Origin: a virus
Taxonomy: Duplodnaviria; Caudoviricetes
Direction: 5' to 3' (one strand)
Length of the DNA: 64,000 nt
IMG/VR virus record: IMGVR_UViG_3300001528_000378
Span: 32,001-96,000 of that record
Within the stretch, counting starts at the first letter, position 1. The number at the start of each line of letters is the position of its first letter. Positions 1 through 8,741 of this stretch are shown piece after piece. A model generated the notes under the pieces. The model was not told where the DNA came from and ran no database searches. It saw nothing but the letters and a program-made list of their open reading frames with translations. A program made the position numbers and the translations under genes.

Positions 1-1
1 T

Positions 2-604
2 CCTTCTGCTGGAAATTACACAATACAAGTAGTTGGTGCAGGTGGTGGTTCTGCTATGTTGGGCTGGTCTATGGCTAGCGGCTCTACGGGTGTACACCTA
101 TCCCAAGTTGCTAGTGGGGGGTCTGGTGGTTATTACACAGTTACAAAGAGCCTTACAAAGGGTGATACACTTACTGTTGTAGTAGGTGCTCTTGGTACAA
201 ATGCTCCACAGTGGTCCAAGGTTGATGGAACCTTCACACTTAATGGTACAGCAGGTGGTAATACAACTGTAACTTCTAAAAAATCTGGTTCGTTAGCCAC
301 GGCCAATGGTGGTGGGGGTGCAAGTATTGTTACCATCATTTCTGGAAACGGTGGTACAATTAACAGAAAAACCTTCCAAGGTGGTACTGCTGGAACTGGT
401 GCAACTAAAAATGGTACTGCTGGTACAACAAATTATCAACAAAAAACAGGTAGTAATACAGCCATTACAATAGTAACAACAGCCTCTTCATACCTTACAT
501 ATGGAAAAGGCTCTGGTGGATATGCATATGCTAATAGTAAAGCCTGTGGTTATGACCAAAACCAACAGGGAACCGCTGGGTATGTTAAAATTGTAAAAGC
601 ATAG
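2..604 (+). CDS. Glycine-rich tail-fibre/virion protein, C-terminal part (5' end lies outside the window)
   Basis: Frame is open from base 2 (PSAGNYTIQVVGAGGG...). It has GGSGG/GGGGA/GTAG repeats and ends GTAGYVKIVKA, typical of phage glycine-rich tail domains. Confidence 0.65.
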   Translation, partial: PSAGNYTIQVVGAGGGSAMLGWSMASGSTGVHLSQVASGGSGGYYTVTKSLTKGDTLTVVVGALGTNAPQWSKVDGTFTLNGTAGGNTTVTSKKSGSLATANGGGGASIVTIISGNGGTINRKTFQGGTAGTGATKNGTAGTTNYQQKTGSNTAITIVTTASSYLTYGKGSGGYAYANSKACGYDQNQQGTAGYVKIVKA

Positions 605-633
605 TTGACACTGTTGAAATTATTTGTTATAAT
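605..633 (+). promoter_or_regulatory. sigma70-type promoter with extended -10
   Basis: TTGACA(605-610)-17 bp-TATAAT(628-633), with TG at 625-626. Confidence 0.75.
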
Positions 634-668
634 AGTCAGGTAATAAAATACCTGGCTATTTTTATTTT
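631..668 (+). terminator. Rho-independent terminator overlapping the promoter -10/+1
   Basis: Stem AATAGTCAGGTA/TACCTGGCTATT (one G-U pair), 6-nt loop, followed by a T-rich run. Confidence 0.7.
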
Positions 669-695
669 GACAAAATTAAAAGAATATGCTACAAT
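667..695 (+). promoter_or_regulatory. sigma70-type promoter
   Basis: TTGACA(667-672)-17 bp-TACAAT(690-695) with TG extension. Confidence 0.7.
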
Positions 696-711
696 ATGTT
701 AGGAGATAGAT

Positions 712-789
712 ATGTTATTATTTACATTATTTTTATGTGCATTTGTTTTAATAGCGGTATATGCCATTGAAAGGGATTCCAAATATTAA
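712..789 (+). CDS. 25-aa hydrophobic peptide (MLLFTLFLCAFVLIAVYAIERDSKY), absent from the ORF track
   Basis: AGGAG RBS at 701-705, ATG at 712, TAA at 787-789, one base before the helicase ATG at 791. Confidence 0.55.
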   Translation: MLLFTLFLCAFVLIAVYAIERDSKY

Positions 790-790
790 T

Positions 791-3349
791 ATGAAAGCAA
801 TAATTGAAGTCGAGAACATAACTTCTAAAATTACAACACCCTTACCACAGGATGTCCAGTTTCTTTTAAGAGATAACCTGTCCTATGTGGTATCAGGTGC
901 TATGTTTTCAGAATATGCAAAGCAAGGTATGTGGGATGGGTGCAAACACTTGTATAGTATGAAAACACAGTCATTTCCAACTGGTTTACTAAGAAGGGTT
1001 CTAACAACTCTTAATGACTGTAGCTACAAATACGAAATAATTGATAATAGGGTTAAACCAGAATTAGGAAAGGAAATTAAATTAAAGAATATAAAATTAA
1101 GAGATTACCAAGAAGAAAGTGTAGATGTACTTTTTAATAAAACTAGAGGCTTATTGCATGCCGCAACCGCTAGTGGAAAAGGTGTAATTTTATCATCTTT
1201 ACTTGCAAAACTAAATATAAAATCACTTATTATTGTTCCAACAACCTCATTATTGCACCAAACGGCAAGTGTTATACAGAAAGTCCTAGGTGTAAAGGTT
1301 GGAAAGATAGGTGATTCTATTAAGGATATTAAAAAGATTACGGTTGCAACATTTCAGTCTTTGGTAGATTCCGACGACACCAAAAAAAGAAAACTAGATT
1401 CCGAAACAGGCAGGTGGAAAACAGTTGGTGCAAAGAAAATGGAAGTCAGAAAAGACTTGAAAGATTATTTTAATAGTGTAGAGTGTCTTATAACAGACGA
1501 ATGTTTTCCAGGATTAGAAAGAGTAAACACAGAGTATGGATATATGCCTATATCAAAGATTGTCTGTAATAAGATGTCACTTAAAGTGTGGAGTTTTAAC
1601 AAAGAAAAACAATTATTTGAATTAAAACCTGTAGTTAGGTACTTTGTTCACCATCATGAAGGAACTATGGTAAAGGTTACGTTTGGGAAGCACTCCTGTG
1701 TAAAATCAACACCTAATCATAAATATTATATTCTGGATAGTGGAAATATCATAGAAAAGAGGGCAGACGAGTTATTACCAGGGGATATGGTAATATCTAT
1801 GCCAAGGACAGGAACTAAGAAAGATAATATATCCACCTATGTAAATGAAGAACAAAAGCAAGTTATACTTGGTTCTATACTTGGTGATGGAAGCTTACGA
1901 GTTGAAAAAGATAATTGTAGACTAAGCTTATGCCAGGGAGAGAAACAACTAAATTACCTAAAGTGGAAAGTAGGGCTTCTTGGAAGTCTAATTAGTGAAA
2001 AAATTAAAGAGAGTAAAAGTGGATATTGTGATAACAGGGTATACCATACGTCCACGAGGATAACTGCGTACCTTAATCAGTATAACACATCAGACGAGAG
2101 AAGAATTATCAGGGTTCTTAATAATATAAATGATATGGGCGTTGCCATTTGGTTTATGGATGACTCTTCACTTGCAGGCAGTAGTTATAGGCTTCATACA
2201 GAGTCTTACACCTATAATATACAAGAGTTATTTGTAGCCTTTTTTATGTGTAGGTATTCTATATGCCCAAAAATATTATCATGTAATAAGAATAATAAAA
2301 CATACTATTATTTGACTTTCAGTAAAAAGGATTCAGTGGTAATTAGTAATATTTTATGCAAATATGGTGTAGCATCAATGGAATACAAGGTACTACCTAC
2401 TCATAGTATAAGCTATTACAATAGCCGTGAAGATCAGCTTAATTATGGGGTGTCAGTAGTAAAGAGTATAGAAAAATATGATTATGATGGTAATGTATAT
2501 AACATCGAGGTAGAGGGAAACCACAACTACTTAGTTGGTAATAATAAATTGGTGTCAAATTGTCATCACATTATATCGCAGTCCATACAAAAAGTATATG
2601 AAGCCTGTCCAAATGCTTATTATAGGTATGGGTTATCTGCAACACCCTTCTCAGATAGAGATGAGGATGTATTAATTGAAGCAGCCACAGGTAGGGTATT
2701 AAAAGAGTTATCTGCGTCTTATTTAATTAGTAAAGGTTGGTTATCAAAACCCACTATACATTTAGTACCATATAAACAACAAAGAGGTGGAAACTCTACA
2801 ACTTATGCAGGTTTGTATAAAGAAAAGATAACTGAAAATGAGGAAAGGAATAAGCTATTAACAAAGATTATATCTATGCGTGCAGATATGGGGGATAGTG
2901 TACTTGTATCTGTAAGATACTTAGAACATGGTAAAACACTTTATAATATGTTAGTTGATAAGTACGGGGACGATGTTGTGTTTGTAAATTCTAGTGTATC
3001 AACTAATAGACTAAATGAAGTGTTAAAAGACTTATCTAAAAAGAAACTCAAAATATGTATCAGCACATCTATTTTGCAAGAAGGAGTGGACGTACCATCA
3101 TTAAATACATTGGTGATGGCTGGTAGTCCAAAATCCAAGATTGCAACGATGCAGTTGGTTGGTCGTGTATTGAGAAAGACAGATGATAAAAGTACGGTGG
3201 ACGTATATGACATCCAGGATTATAATACCAAATATTTTTCCTCATCTGCCAAAGAGCGGTTTAATATTTATAGTTCAGAGCCAGAGTTCATTTTAAAAGA
3301 GGATACTATGTTCGAGCCAAGTAATAGTACACTTGACAAATCAAACTAA
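791..3349 (+). CDS. SF2 (UvsW/XPB-like) helicase interrupted by an intein
   Basis: Q-motif LRDYQ, Walker A ATASGKG, DE|CHH split by the intein, SAT, EGVDVP, QLVGRVLR. Likely start is ATG 791 (MKAIIEV). Confidence 0.9.
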   Translation: MKAIIEVENITSKITTPLPQDVQFLLRDNLSYVVSGAMFSEYAKQGMWDGCKHLYSMKTQSFPTGLLRRVLTTLNDCSYKYEIIDNRVKPELGKEIKLKNIKLRDYQEESVDVLFNKTRGLLHAATASGKGVILSSLLAKLNIKSLIIVPTTSLLHQTASVIQKVLGVKVGKIGDSIKDIKKITVATFQSLVDSDDTKKRKLDSETGRWKTVGAKKMEVRKDLKDYFNSVECLITDECFPGLERVNTEYGYMPISKIVCNKMSLKVWSFNKEKQLFELKPVVRYFVHHHEGTMVKVTFGKHSCVKSTPNHKYYILDSGNIIEKRADELLPGDMVISMPRTGTKKDNISTYVNEEQKQVILGSILGDGSLRVEKDNCRLSLCQGEKQLNYLKWKVGLLGSLISEKIKESKSGYCDNRVYHTSTRITAYLNQYNTSDERRIIRVLNNINDMGVAIWFMDDSSLAGSSYRLHTESYTYNIQELFVAFFMCRYSICPKILSCNKNNKTYYYLTFSKKDSVVISNILCKYGVASMEYKVLPTHSISYYNSREDQLNYGVSVVKSIEKYDYDGNVYNIEVEGNHNYLVGNNKLVSNCHHIISQSIQKVYEACPNAYYRYGLSATPFSDRDEDVLIEAATGRVLKELSASYLISKGWLSKPTIHLVPYKQQRGGNSTTYAGLYKEKITENEERNKLLTKIISMRADMGDSVLVSVRYLEHGKTLYNMLVDKYGDDVVFVNSSVSTNRLNEVLKDLSKKKLKICISTSILQEGVDVPSLNTLVMAGSPKSKIATMQLVGRVLRKTDDKSTVDVYDIQDYNTKYFSSSAKERFNIYSSEPEFILKEDTMFEPSNSTLDKSN
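1502..2560 (+). mobile_element. Intein (353 aa) with LAGLIDADG homing endonuclease, inserted in the helicase DExH motif
   Basis: Starts CFPGLERV after DE and ends VYNIEVEGNHNYLVGNNKLVSN before the +1 Cys. Endonuclease motifs ILGSILGDGSL and AIWFMDDSS. Confidence 0.9.
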
Positions 3350-3361
3350 ATATGGTATAAT
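3333..3361 (+). promoter_or_regulatory. sigma70-type promoter overlapping the helicase 3' end; probably leaderless
   Basis: TTGACA-17 bp-TATAAT, then 6 nt before ATG 3368. Confidence 0.75.
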
Positions 3362-3367
3362 TACAAT

Positions 3368-3697
3368 ATGAAACCTTTTGACCTTTATAGATTTGTAATC
3401 TCTCTTACAAGAGAGCCTTATAATACAAAAAAACTTCCTTTTTATTTGGCGAGGGCGAAGAGCGCATTAACCAAATTAAAGGGTATGAACTGGGAAGACG
3501 AGGATATAAAGACTATTGTTTGTAAGGTAGTATCAATCACTTCCAGTGGTTGTTATCCAAATACTTATCAGTATATTATAGGTGTACTAAATAATATTAG
3601 AATATCTCCCCTTATGAAGTCTACAAGTGAGGAAGTAGATAAGGAATATATGGATTGGATTAAACAAGAGATTGAGAGGATTAAGAACAATGCTTAG
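3368..3697 (+). CDS. Hypothetical protein upstream of the helicase loader (possible initiator-like)
   Basis: ORF with its own promoter, overlapping the start of the DnaC-like gene. Function is inferred from position only. Confidence 0.55.
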   Translation: MKPFDLYRFVISLTREPYNTKKLPFYLARAKSALTKLKGMNWEDEDIKTIVCKVVSITSSGCYPNTYQYIIGVLNNIRISPLMKSTSEEVDKEYMDWIKQEIERIKNNA

Positions 3698-4382
3698 TCA
3701 GTTAGACTTAAACTATTTAGAGTTATATAAGAAAAAGTATGTATTAGGATGCCCAATTTGTGGTGGCAGAGATTCTTATTGTAATTGCTGGCGTAAGTAC
3801 AACAATGAAATCAAAAAGATTTCGGCTGGTATTCCAGTTAAATATAGAAATTACACAATGAAAGACTTTACACACCCACAATTAAAACAGCAGAAAGAGT
3901 TTGTAGAATCCATTATTAGTGATTTTGATAATTTAAGGTTATCTGGTAGGGTGCTGTATTTTTATGGTTCTTCTGGTACGGCAAAAACAATGTCTGCAAT
4001 TTTAGTTTCTTGTGAAGGTATCAGAAGGGGATATAAGGTACACTATTACGAGTCTTTACAGGCAATTTCTACACTATTAAAACAGGCTTGGTCTTCTGAT
4101 GAACCTGCTTCTGTAGCAAATGACATTACATTATCTGATTTAATTGTAGTAGATAATTTGGGGTCTGAGAATATATCCAATGAAAATATCAAGTCGGAAA
4201 TCTATAACTTGTTTAAGCAAAGAAGTTATAATTGTCTACCTACTATTTTTATTGCTCCTGTATCTATTAAGGACTTGAAATTACAATTAGACAAGAACAT
4301 TGTAGAGCTATTTGATTGCAACCAGATTACTTCGGTTCAATTCAAAGGATTTGACTATCGTAAAGAAGTGTTGGAGAAATAA
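3690..4382 (+). CDS. DnaC/IstB-like AAA+ helicase loader
   Basis: N-terminal CPICGG...CNC zinc motif, GIPVKY, Walker A GSSGTAKT, Walker B LIVVDNLG; lies directly before DnaB. Confidence 0.8.
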   Translation: MLSQLDLNYLELYKKKYVLGCPICGGRDSYCNCWRKYNNEIKKISAGIPVKYRNYTMKDFTHPQLKQQKEFVESIISDFDNLRLSGRVLYFYGSSGTAKTMSAILVSCEGIRRGYKVHYYESLQAISTLLKQAWSSDEPASVANDITLSDLIVVDNLGSENISNENIKSEIYNLFKQRSYNCLPTIFIAPVSIKDLKLQLDKNIVELFDCNQITSVQFKGFDYRKEVLEK

Positions 4383-5708
4383 ATGGAAAGAGATTTACTA
4401 TCACTACTTATTAAGAATCCGTCTGTTGTTATCAAATGTTTGGAAGCAGGTATTAAATCTTCCATATTTGAAGATGAAAAGTATGCTTTATTCTACAAAA
4501 CAATTATGGCTTATTTTTCAAATTATAGAGTTATCCCAACGGAAGAAACATATACCAAATTTTTGGAAGTATTAAATATAGATACAAAGTTAAAGGGTAT
4601 GCTGCCCATTGTATATGTAGATGTAAAGGGGTATACAACGGATAAGCCCTTGGAATTTATCTTGGATTATATGTTAAAAATGTATAAAACAAGAGCCATC
4701 AAAGACTTACTTAGAAATCAAATTGATAACTTGAAACCAGACACCATAGATGATGCATCTGCAATTATTAACAGGGATATTTCCAAAATTCGTTCCTTTG
4801 GTGTATTAGAGGGTTCTGAGGGGGACTTTAGATACTGTGGTGCAGACGCTTTGGATTCATACTATAAAGCAAAAGAAACTGGTGTGGTAGGGTTAAAGTA
4901 TGGCTACCCGTCGTTAGATGTTAGAACAGGTGGACAAGGTAGTGGTGAGTTATGGATTATTATGGGTTATATGAAGGCTGGTAAGTCAACCATGCTATTA
5001 AATATGGCCAATAATGTGTGGCATTCTGGAAAAAATGTGGTATACTTTTCGGCAGAAGTATCTAAAAAAGTATTAGACAGAAGATTAACTGCAATGAATA
5101 TGTATGTGCCAATTAACGCGATTAAACAAGGTACATTAACACACGACGATGAAATGCGTATGGTATCTTTCTATGATGAAGCGAAGAAGTCCAAGTCTTC
5201 TTTATATATTGTAGATAGAGGTGCTATGACCACAGATTACATCAGGGCTAAGATACAAGAATTAAAATCTATTATGCCAGTTGATTTAGTTGTGGTTGAC
5301 TATCTAGGTATTTGTAGAACAACTAATTGTAGGTCTAATGCAAAAGAGTATGAATATATTGGCCAGATTGCTTGGGATTTAAGGGATATTGCAAAAATGG
5401 AAAATGTACCTGTGCTTACTGCACACCAGTCAAATAAGGAGAAGGGTATTTCAAAATCCATTGACGTAGGTAGGCACTGCGACTTGCTATTACAGATTGA
5501 GTTAACAGATGAAAACCAATTACAAGCTGGGTCTGACTTGGTAGATATGGAAGCAATTATAAAGTTAACCAGAGATTCCGCAGGTGGTAAGTTTCCGCTA
5601 GAAGCGTCCTTTTCGTATGGTATTATTAAAGAACCAAAAAGAGTAAATGCTTCACTTGCATTTGGAACAGGTGCAGAGGAAGGACAATCAGATGCAGACT
5701 CTTTCTAA
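4383..5708 (+). CDS. dnaB: DnaB-like replicative helicase
   Basis: GYPSLD, Walker A GYMKAGKST, FSAEV, VVVDYL, AHQSN. Confidence 0.88.
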   Translation: MERDLLSLLIKNPSVVIKCLEAGIKSSIFEDEKYALFYKTIMAYFSNYRVIPTEETYTKFLEVLNIDTKLKGMLPIVYVDVKGYTTDKPLEFILDYMLKMYKTRAIKDLLRNQIDNLKPDTIDDASAIINRDISKIRSFGVLEGSEGDFRYCGADALDSYYKAKETGVVGLKYGYPSLDVRTGGQGSGELWIIMGYMKAGKSTMLLNMANNVWHSGKNVVYFSAEVSKKVLDRRLTAMNMYVPINAIKQGTLTHDDEMRMVSFYDEAKKSKSSLYIVDRGAMTTDYIRAKIQELKSIMPVDLVVVDYLGICRTTNCRSNAKEYEYIGQIAWDLRDIAKMENVPVLTAHQSNKEKGISKSIDVGRHCDLLLQIELTDENQLQAGSDLVDMEAIIKLTRDSAGGKFPLEASFSYGIIKEPKRVNASLAFGTGAEEGQSDADSF

Positions 5709-6105
5709 CTTTTTTGTAGTAAAAGATACAGAAGAACTGGACTATTTAGAGGGGTACAAATATTCTATCTGGAATGATAGTTATGTAAAAGACGCTTGTA
5801 ATGCAGATGCCTCCCATTTTAAACAATTTCCTGATTTTTTAAGTGCAGCCTTAGAGTGGAAATTAGTATTAGAAAAAATGTATCCAAAAGTTCAAGAAAG
5901 GTGCCTATTAACTTATGGATATTATACAGAGAAACCATTACACTATGCTATAGATAGGTATATTAGACGATTAATCACAGACTACATTATTGTTAAGACA
6001 GATAAAGATATAGAGTTATCTACCCAGTTATATTGGCCAGAAAAGGCTTTTAGAGAGGCATACAAGGATGCTTATCACAGATTATCAGAATATCACAAGA
6101 GATGA
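5692..6105 (+). CDS. Hypothetical protein
   Basis: ORF packed in the operon, GGAAGGA upstream of ATG 5692. Confidence 0.6.
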   Translation: MQTLSNFFVVKDTEELDYLEGYKYSIWNDSYVKDACNADASHFKQFPDFLSAALEWKLVLEKMYPKVQERCLLTYGYYTEKPLHYAIDRYIRRLITDYIIVKTDKDIELSTQLYWPEKAFREAYKDAYHRLSEYHKR

Positions 6106-6691
6106 TTTATTATCCGATACAGATACTATTGTATTGTGTGATTACCCAGCTATTGGAAAGTGGAATCCCTTTGGTACAACAGGTGATATTTCAAACATAT
6201 ATAAGTTTGTGGATTTTGCTTACTTAATTCCGGGTCCACCTCTAAGTAAAAATGTACCTTTTAGGTATCAAATTCCAAAATGCTTTAAAATAGAGGAGTA
6301 TATACAAGATATACTACCACAAGAAATAAGTAGGCTAAAGAAGCATATAGAAAAACACCCAAATAAAAATTATATTATACCCCCACTAGGGTTGGGGTTA
6401 CAAAAAGGGTTAGTATTCTATTTTGCTATCAGACCTTACCTTCCATTGGAATTAAAGGATTATAAAAATGTTACTCTAATATGGAATAACATAACCAAGG
6501 AAGAATTGGTAAGCCCAAAGTGGTTGATGTATAATAAATACAAGGATAGGGATAAGTCCAATCCAAGACCAAAATTAGCCCTAATAGAATATATGCAGAA
6601 ACACTTTGGTAATGAGGTTGATTTGGAAAGATTAAATAATGATGACATACTGATAGACTTACCTAATGGTGTCTATTCACAGGAGAATTAA
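6068..6691 (+). CDS. Hypothetical protein, possible degenerate macro-like domain
   Basis: KNYIIPPLGLGL resembles the macro-domain IPxLGxG loop; weak support. Confidence 0.45.
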   Translation: MLITDYQNITRDDLLSDTDTIVLCDYPAIGKWNPFGTTGDISNIYKFVDFAYLIPGPPLSKNVPFRYQIPKCFKIEEYIQDILPQEISRLKKHIEKHPNKNYIIPPLGLGLQKGLVFYFAIRPYLPLELKDYKNVTLIWNNITKEELVSPKWLMYNKYKDRDKSNPRPKLALIEYMQKHFGNEVDLERLNNDDILIDLPNGVYSQEN

Positions 6692-8301
6692 TGAAAACAG
6701 AGACGATGTTTGGGGCAGAAGCCCGTGAAAAATTAAGAAAAGGTGTAGAAAAGACATATGCTGCGATCGCACCTACTCTTGGACCAAAGGGTAGAAGTGC
6801 TATTCTTAGTTATGGTAAATTAAGACCCTCTGTAACTTTGGACGATGGTGTATCTATTGCAAACTTTCTTGTACTAGAAGACCCATTTGAAAATGAAGGC
6901 ACAAAACTTATTAAAGAAGTTGCATCTAAAACAAATGATAATGTAGGTGATTCCACCACTACTTCTACTGTTCTTACTTGGAGTATGCTGGATAATGCAG
7001 TTAAAAACATTACTTCCGGTGCAAACCCTACTCTTGTAAAGAAAGGTATTCAAGAAGCAGTTAAGTTTGTGGTGAAGGAAGTAACCACAAGAGCCTTGCC
7101 AGTGACTTCTTTTGAAGACACCAAAAAGGTAGCGACCATTTCTGCAAATGATGAAGAAATGGGTACAAAAGTAGCAGAAGCTATTAAAGCCGTAAAAGGT
7201 GGACTGGTATCTGTGGAAGAGGGTACCGAAGAGGGTATTAATATTGAAGTAGTAGACGGCATGCAACTTGGAACTGGGTATGCCAGCCCATACTTTGGTA
7301 TTAAGTCTAGTAATGGTTCTTGTACGCTTAAAAATGCTTATGTAGCCATTTTAGACCGCTCTGTATCTAACTTGGAAGAACTAATGCCTGTCCTTCAAAG
7401 AGCAAAAGAAATGGGTCGTTCAATTCTTCTTATTTGTGATAACATTTCTGGTAGTGCCTTGCAGTTATTGGTTAAAAACTATGTGGAAGATAGAATTGAT
7501 GTATGTGTGGTAAAATCCCCCTCTGGTGGTTTGAACAAGAAAGAATTATTGGAAGATGTGGCCATTTATACTGGTGGTAAAGTATTTGGTGGTGTGTTTG
7601 GTGATGATCTTAAAAACTTTGACCCTAAAGTATTGGGTGTAGCGGATGTTGTTACAGTCGATAGTCAGTATACCGTGATTCGTTCTAAACCGAATAAAGA
7701 TGCTATTAATGCACGTGTGGAAACTATTGATAATGCTCTTATTAAGGAAAAGAACGACCAGTATAGAGTTGAACACCTAAAACTTCGCAGAGCAGGTCTA
7801 ACTTCTGGTATTGCTCTTATTAAAATCTGTGAAAAGACTACCACTGAAACCAAGGCTAGAATGGCCAAATTGGAAGATGCAAAGAATGCTGCATTAACTG
7901 CATTAAAAGGTGGTGTAGTAGCCGGTGGTGGTACTGCACTTATGTCTATTGAACCTGAACTGGATAAATATATTAAATCCAAAATTGGAACACTTGATAG
8001 AGATATTATTGTTGGTATGCAAGTGGTGCAACAGGCTTTATCAAAACCTTTGGAAGTAATTGCTTCCAACTGTGGGTTAAATGGTCCTACGGTGGTGGAT
8101 AAAGTGAGAGAAAATATCAAGAGTAATCCTACGTTTGGTTTTAATGCTGACACCGAAGAATATTGTGATATGCTTCAAACAGGCATTATTGATGCTGCAA
8201 ACTCCACTAAAACTTCCATTGAAAATGCAGCCTCTGTGGTATCTACAATTATTATGACAGAGTGTGTATCAGTCATATTTGACAAAGAAGAAGAAAAATA
8301 G
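6691..8301 (+). CDS. groEL: GroEL-like chaperonin
   Basis: TLGPKGR, DGVSIA, GDSTTTSTVL, GYASPYF, LEDA, GGGTAL, GFNA, GIIDA. Confidence 0.95.
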   Translation: MKTETMFGAEAREKLRKGVEKTYAAIAPTLGPKGRSAILSYGKLRPSVTLDDGVSIANFLVLEDPFENEGTKLIKEVASKTNDNVGDSTTTSTVLTWSMLDNAVKNITSGANPTLVKKGIQEAVKFVVKEVTTRALPVTSFEDTKKVATISANDEEMGTKVAEAIKAVKGGLVSVEEGTEEGINIEVVDGMQLGTGYASPYFGIKSSNGSCTLKNAYVAILDRSVSNLEELMPVLQRAKEMGRSILLICDNISGSALQLLVKNYVEDRIDVCVVKSPSGGLNKKELLEDVAIYTGGKVFGGVFGDDLKNFDPKVLGVADVVTVDSQYTVIRSKPNKDAINARVETIDNALIKEKNDQYRVEHLKLRRAGLTSGIALIKICEKTTTETKARMAKLEDAKNAALTALKGGVVAGGGTALMSIEPELDKYIKSKIGTLDRDIIVGMQVVQQALSKPLEVIASNCGLNGPTVVDKVRENIKSNPTFGFNADTEEYCDMLQTGIIDAANSTKTSIENAASVVSTIIMTECVSVIFDKEEEK

Positions 8302-8331
8302 TATAATAGTGGGGGAGTAATAACTCCCCCA
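8279..8331 (+). promoter_or_regulatory. sigma70-type promoter overlapping the groEL end, followed by a GC-rich hairpin
   Basis: TTGACA(8279-8284)-17 bp-TATAAT(8302-8307); hairpin GGGGGAGT-AATA-ACTCCCCC at 8311-8330. Confidence 0.7.
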
Positions 8332-8345
8332 TAAAAGGAATACAT

Positions 8346-8726
8346 ATGAAAGTATTTGGAAGTGTGATTACAGTAAATACAAATAATAAAATACTTGTAA
8401 GATATAGTAAAGATGGTCTGTATTTACCAAAAGTGGAAGTAGGGGAAACAATGACTATTAAGGGTCATCTTGTATCCACTCTACTTAGTATTGGTATATC
8501 TGACGTGGTAGAGGGAGACCTTTCTTTGTACAATATGGAAGACGAAGTTGACAAAGATGGTCATATTATGTATAATACCTATATTACAAAAACAAAAAGT
8601 ACAGACTTAGAGAGCGGTATTAACTACAAATATATGTCTTTAAGTGATTTGAAAAACAACTTAACAAAATTTGTAAATAAGTTTGACGCATTTGTGGTAA
8701 GACTATATATTATAAATCCTTATTAA
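8346..8726 (+). CDS. Hypothetical protein, possibly a degenerate Nudix fold
   Basis: VFGSVITVNTNNKILV...LPKVEVGET resembles a Nudix N-terminus but the REUxEE box is absent. Contains an internal promoter, TTGACA(8548)-17 bp-TATAAT(8571). Confidence 0.45.
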   Translation: MKVFGSVITVNTNNKILVRYSKDGLYLPKVEVGETMTIKGHLVSTLLSIGISDVVEGDLSLYNMEDEVDKDGHIMYNTYITKTKSTDLESGINYKYMSLSDLKNNLTKFVNKFDAFVVRLYIINPY

Positions 8727-8741
8727 GAGGAGTTAAAAATA

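Noticed and set aside
8310-8331. Hairpin after groEL as a classical intrinsic terminator
   Set aside because: No U-tract follows the stem on either strand, so it is kept only as a regulatory hairpin.
8346-8726. GroES co-chaperonin downstream of groEL
   Set aside because: It lacks the PLxDRV and mobile-loop motifs and looks more like a degenerate Nudix fold.
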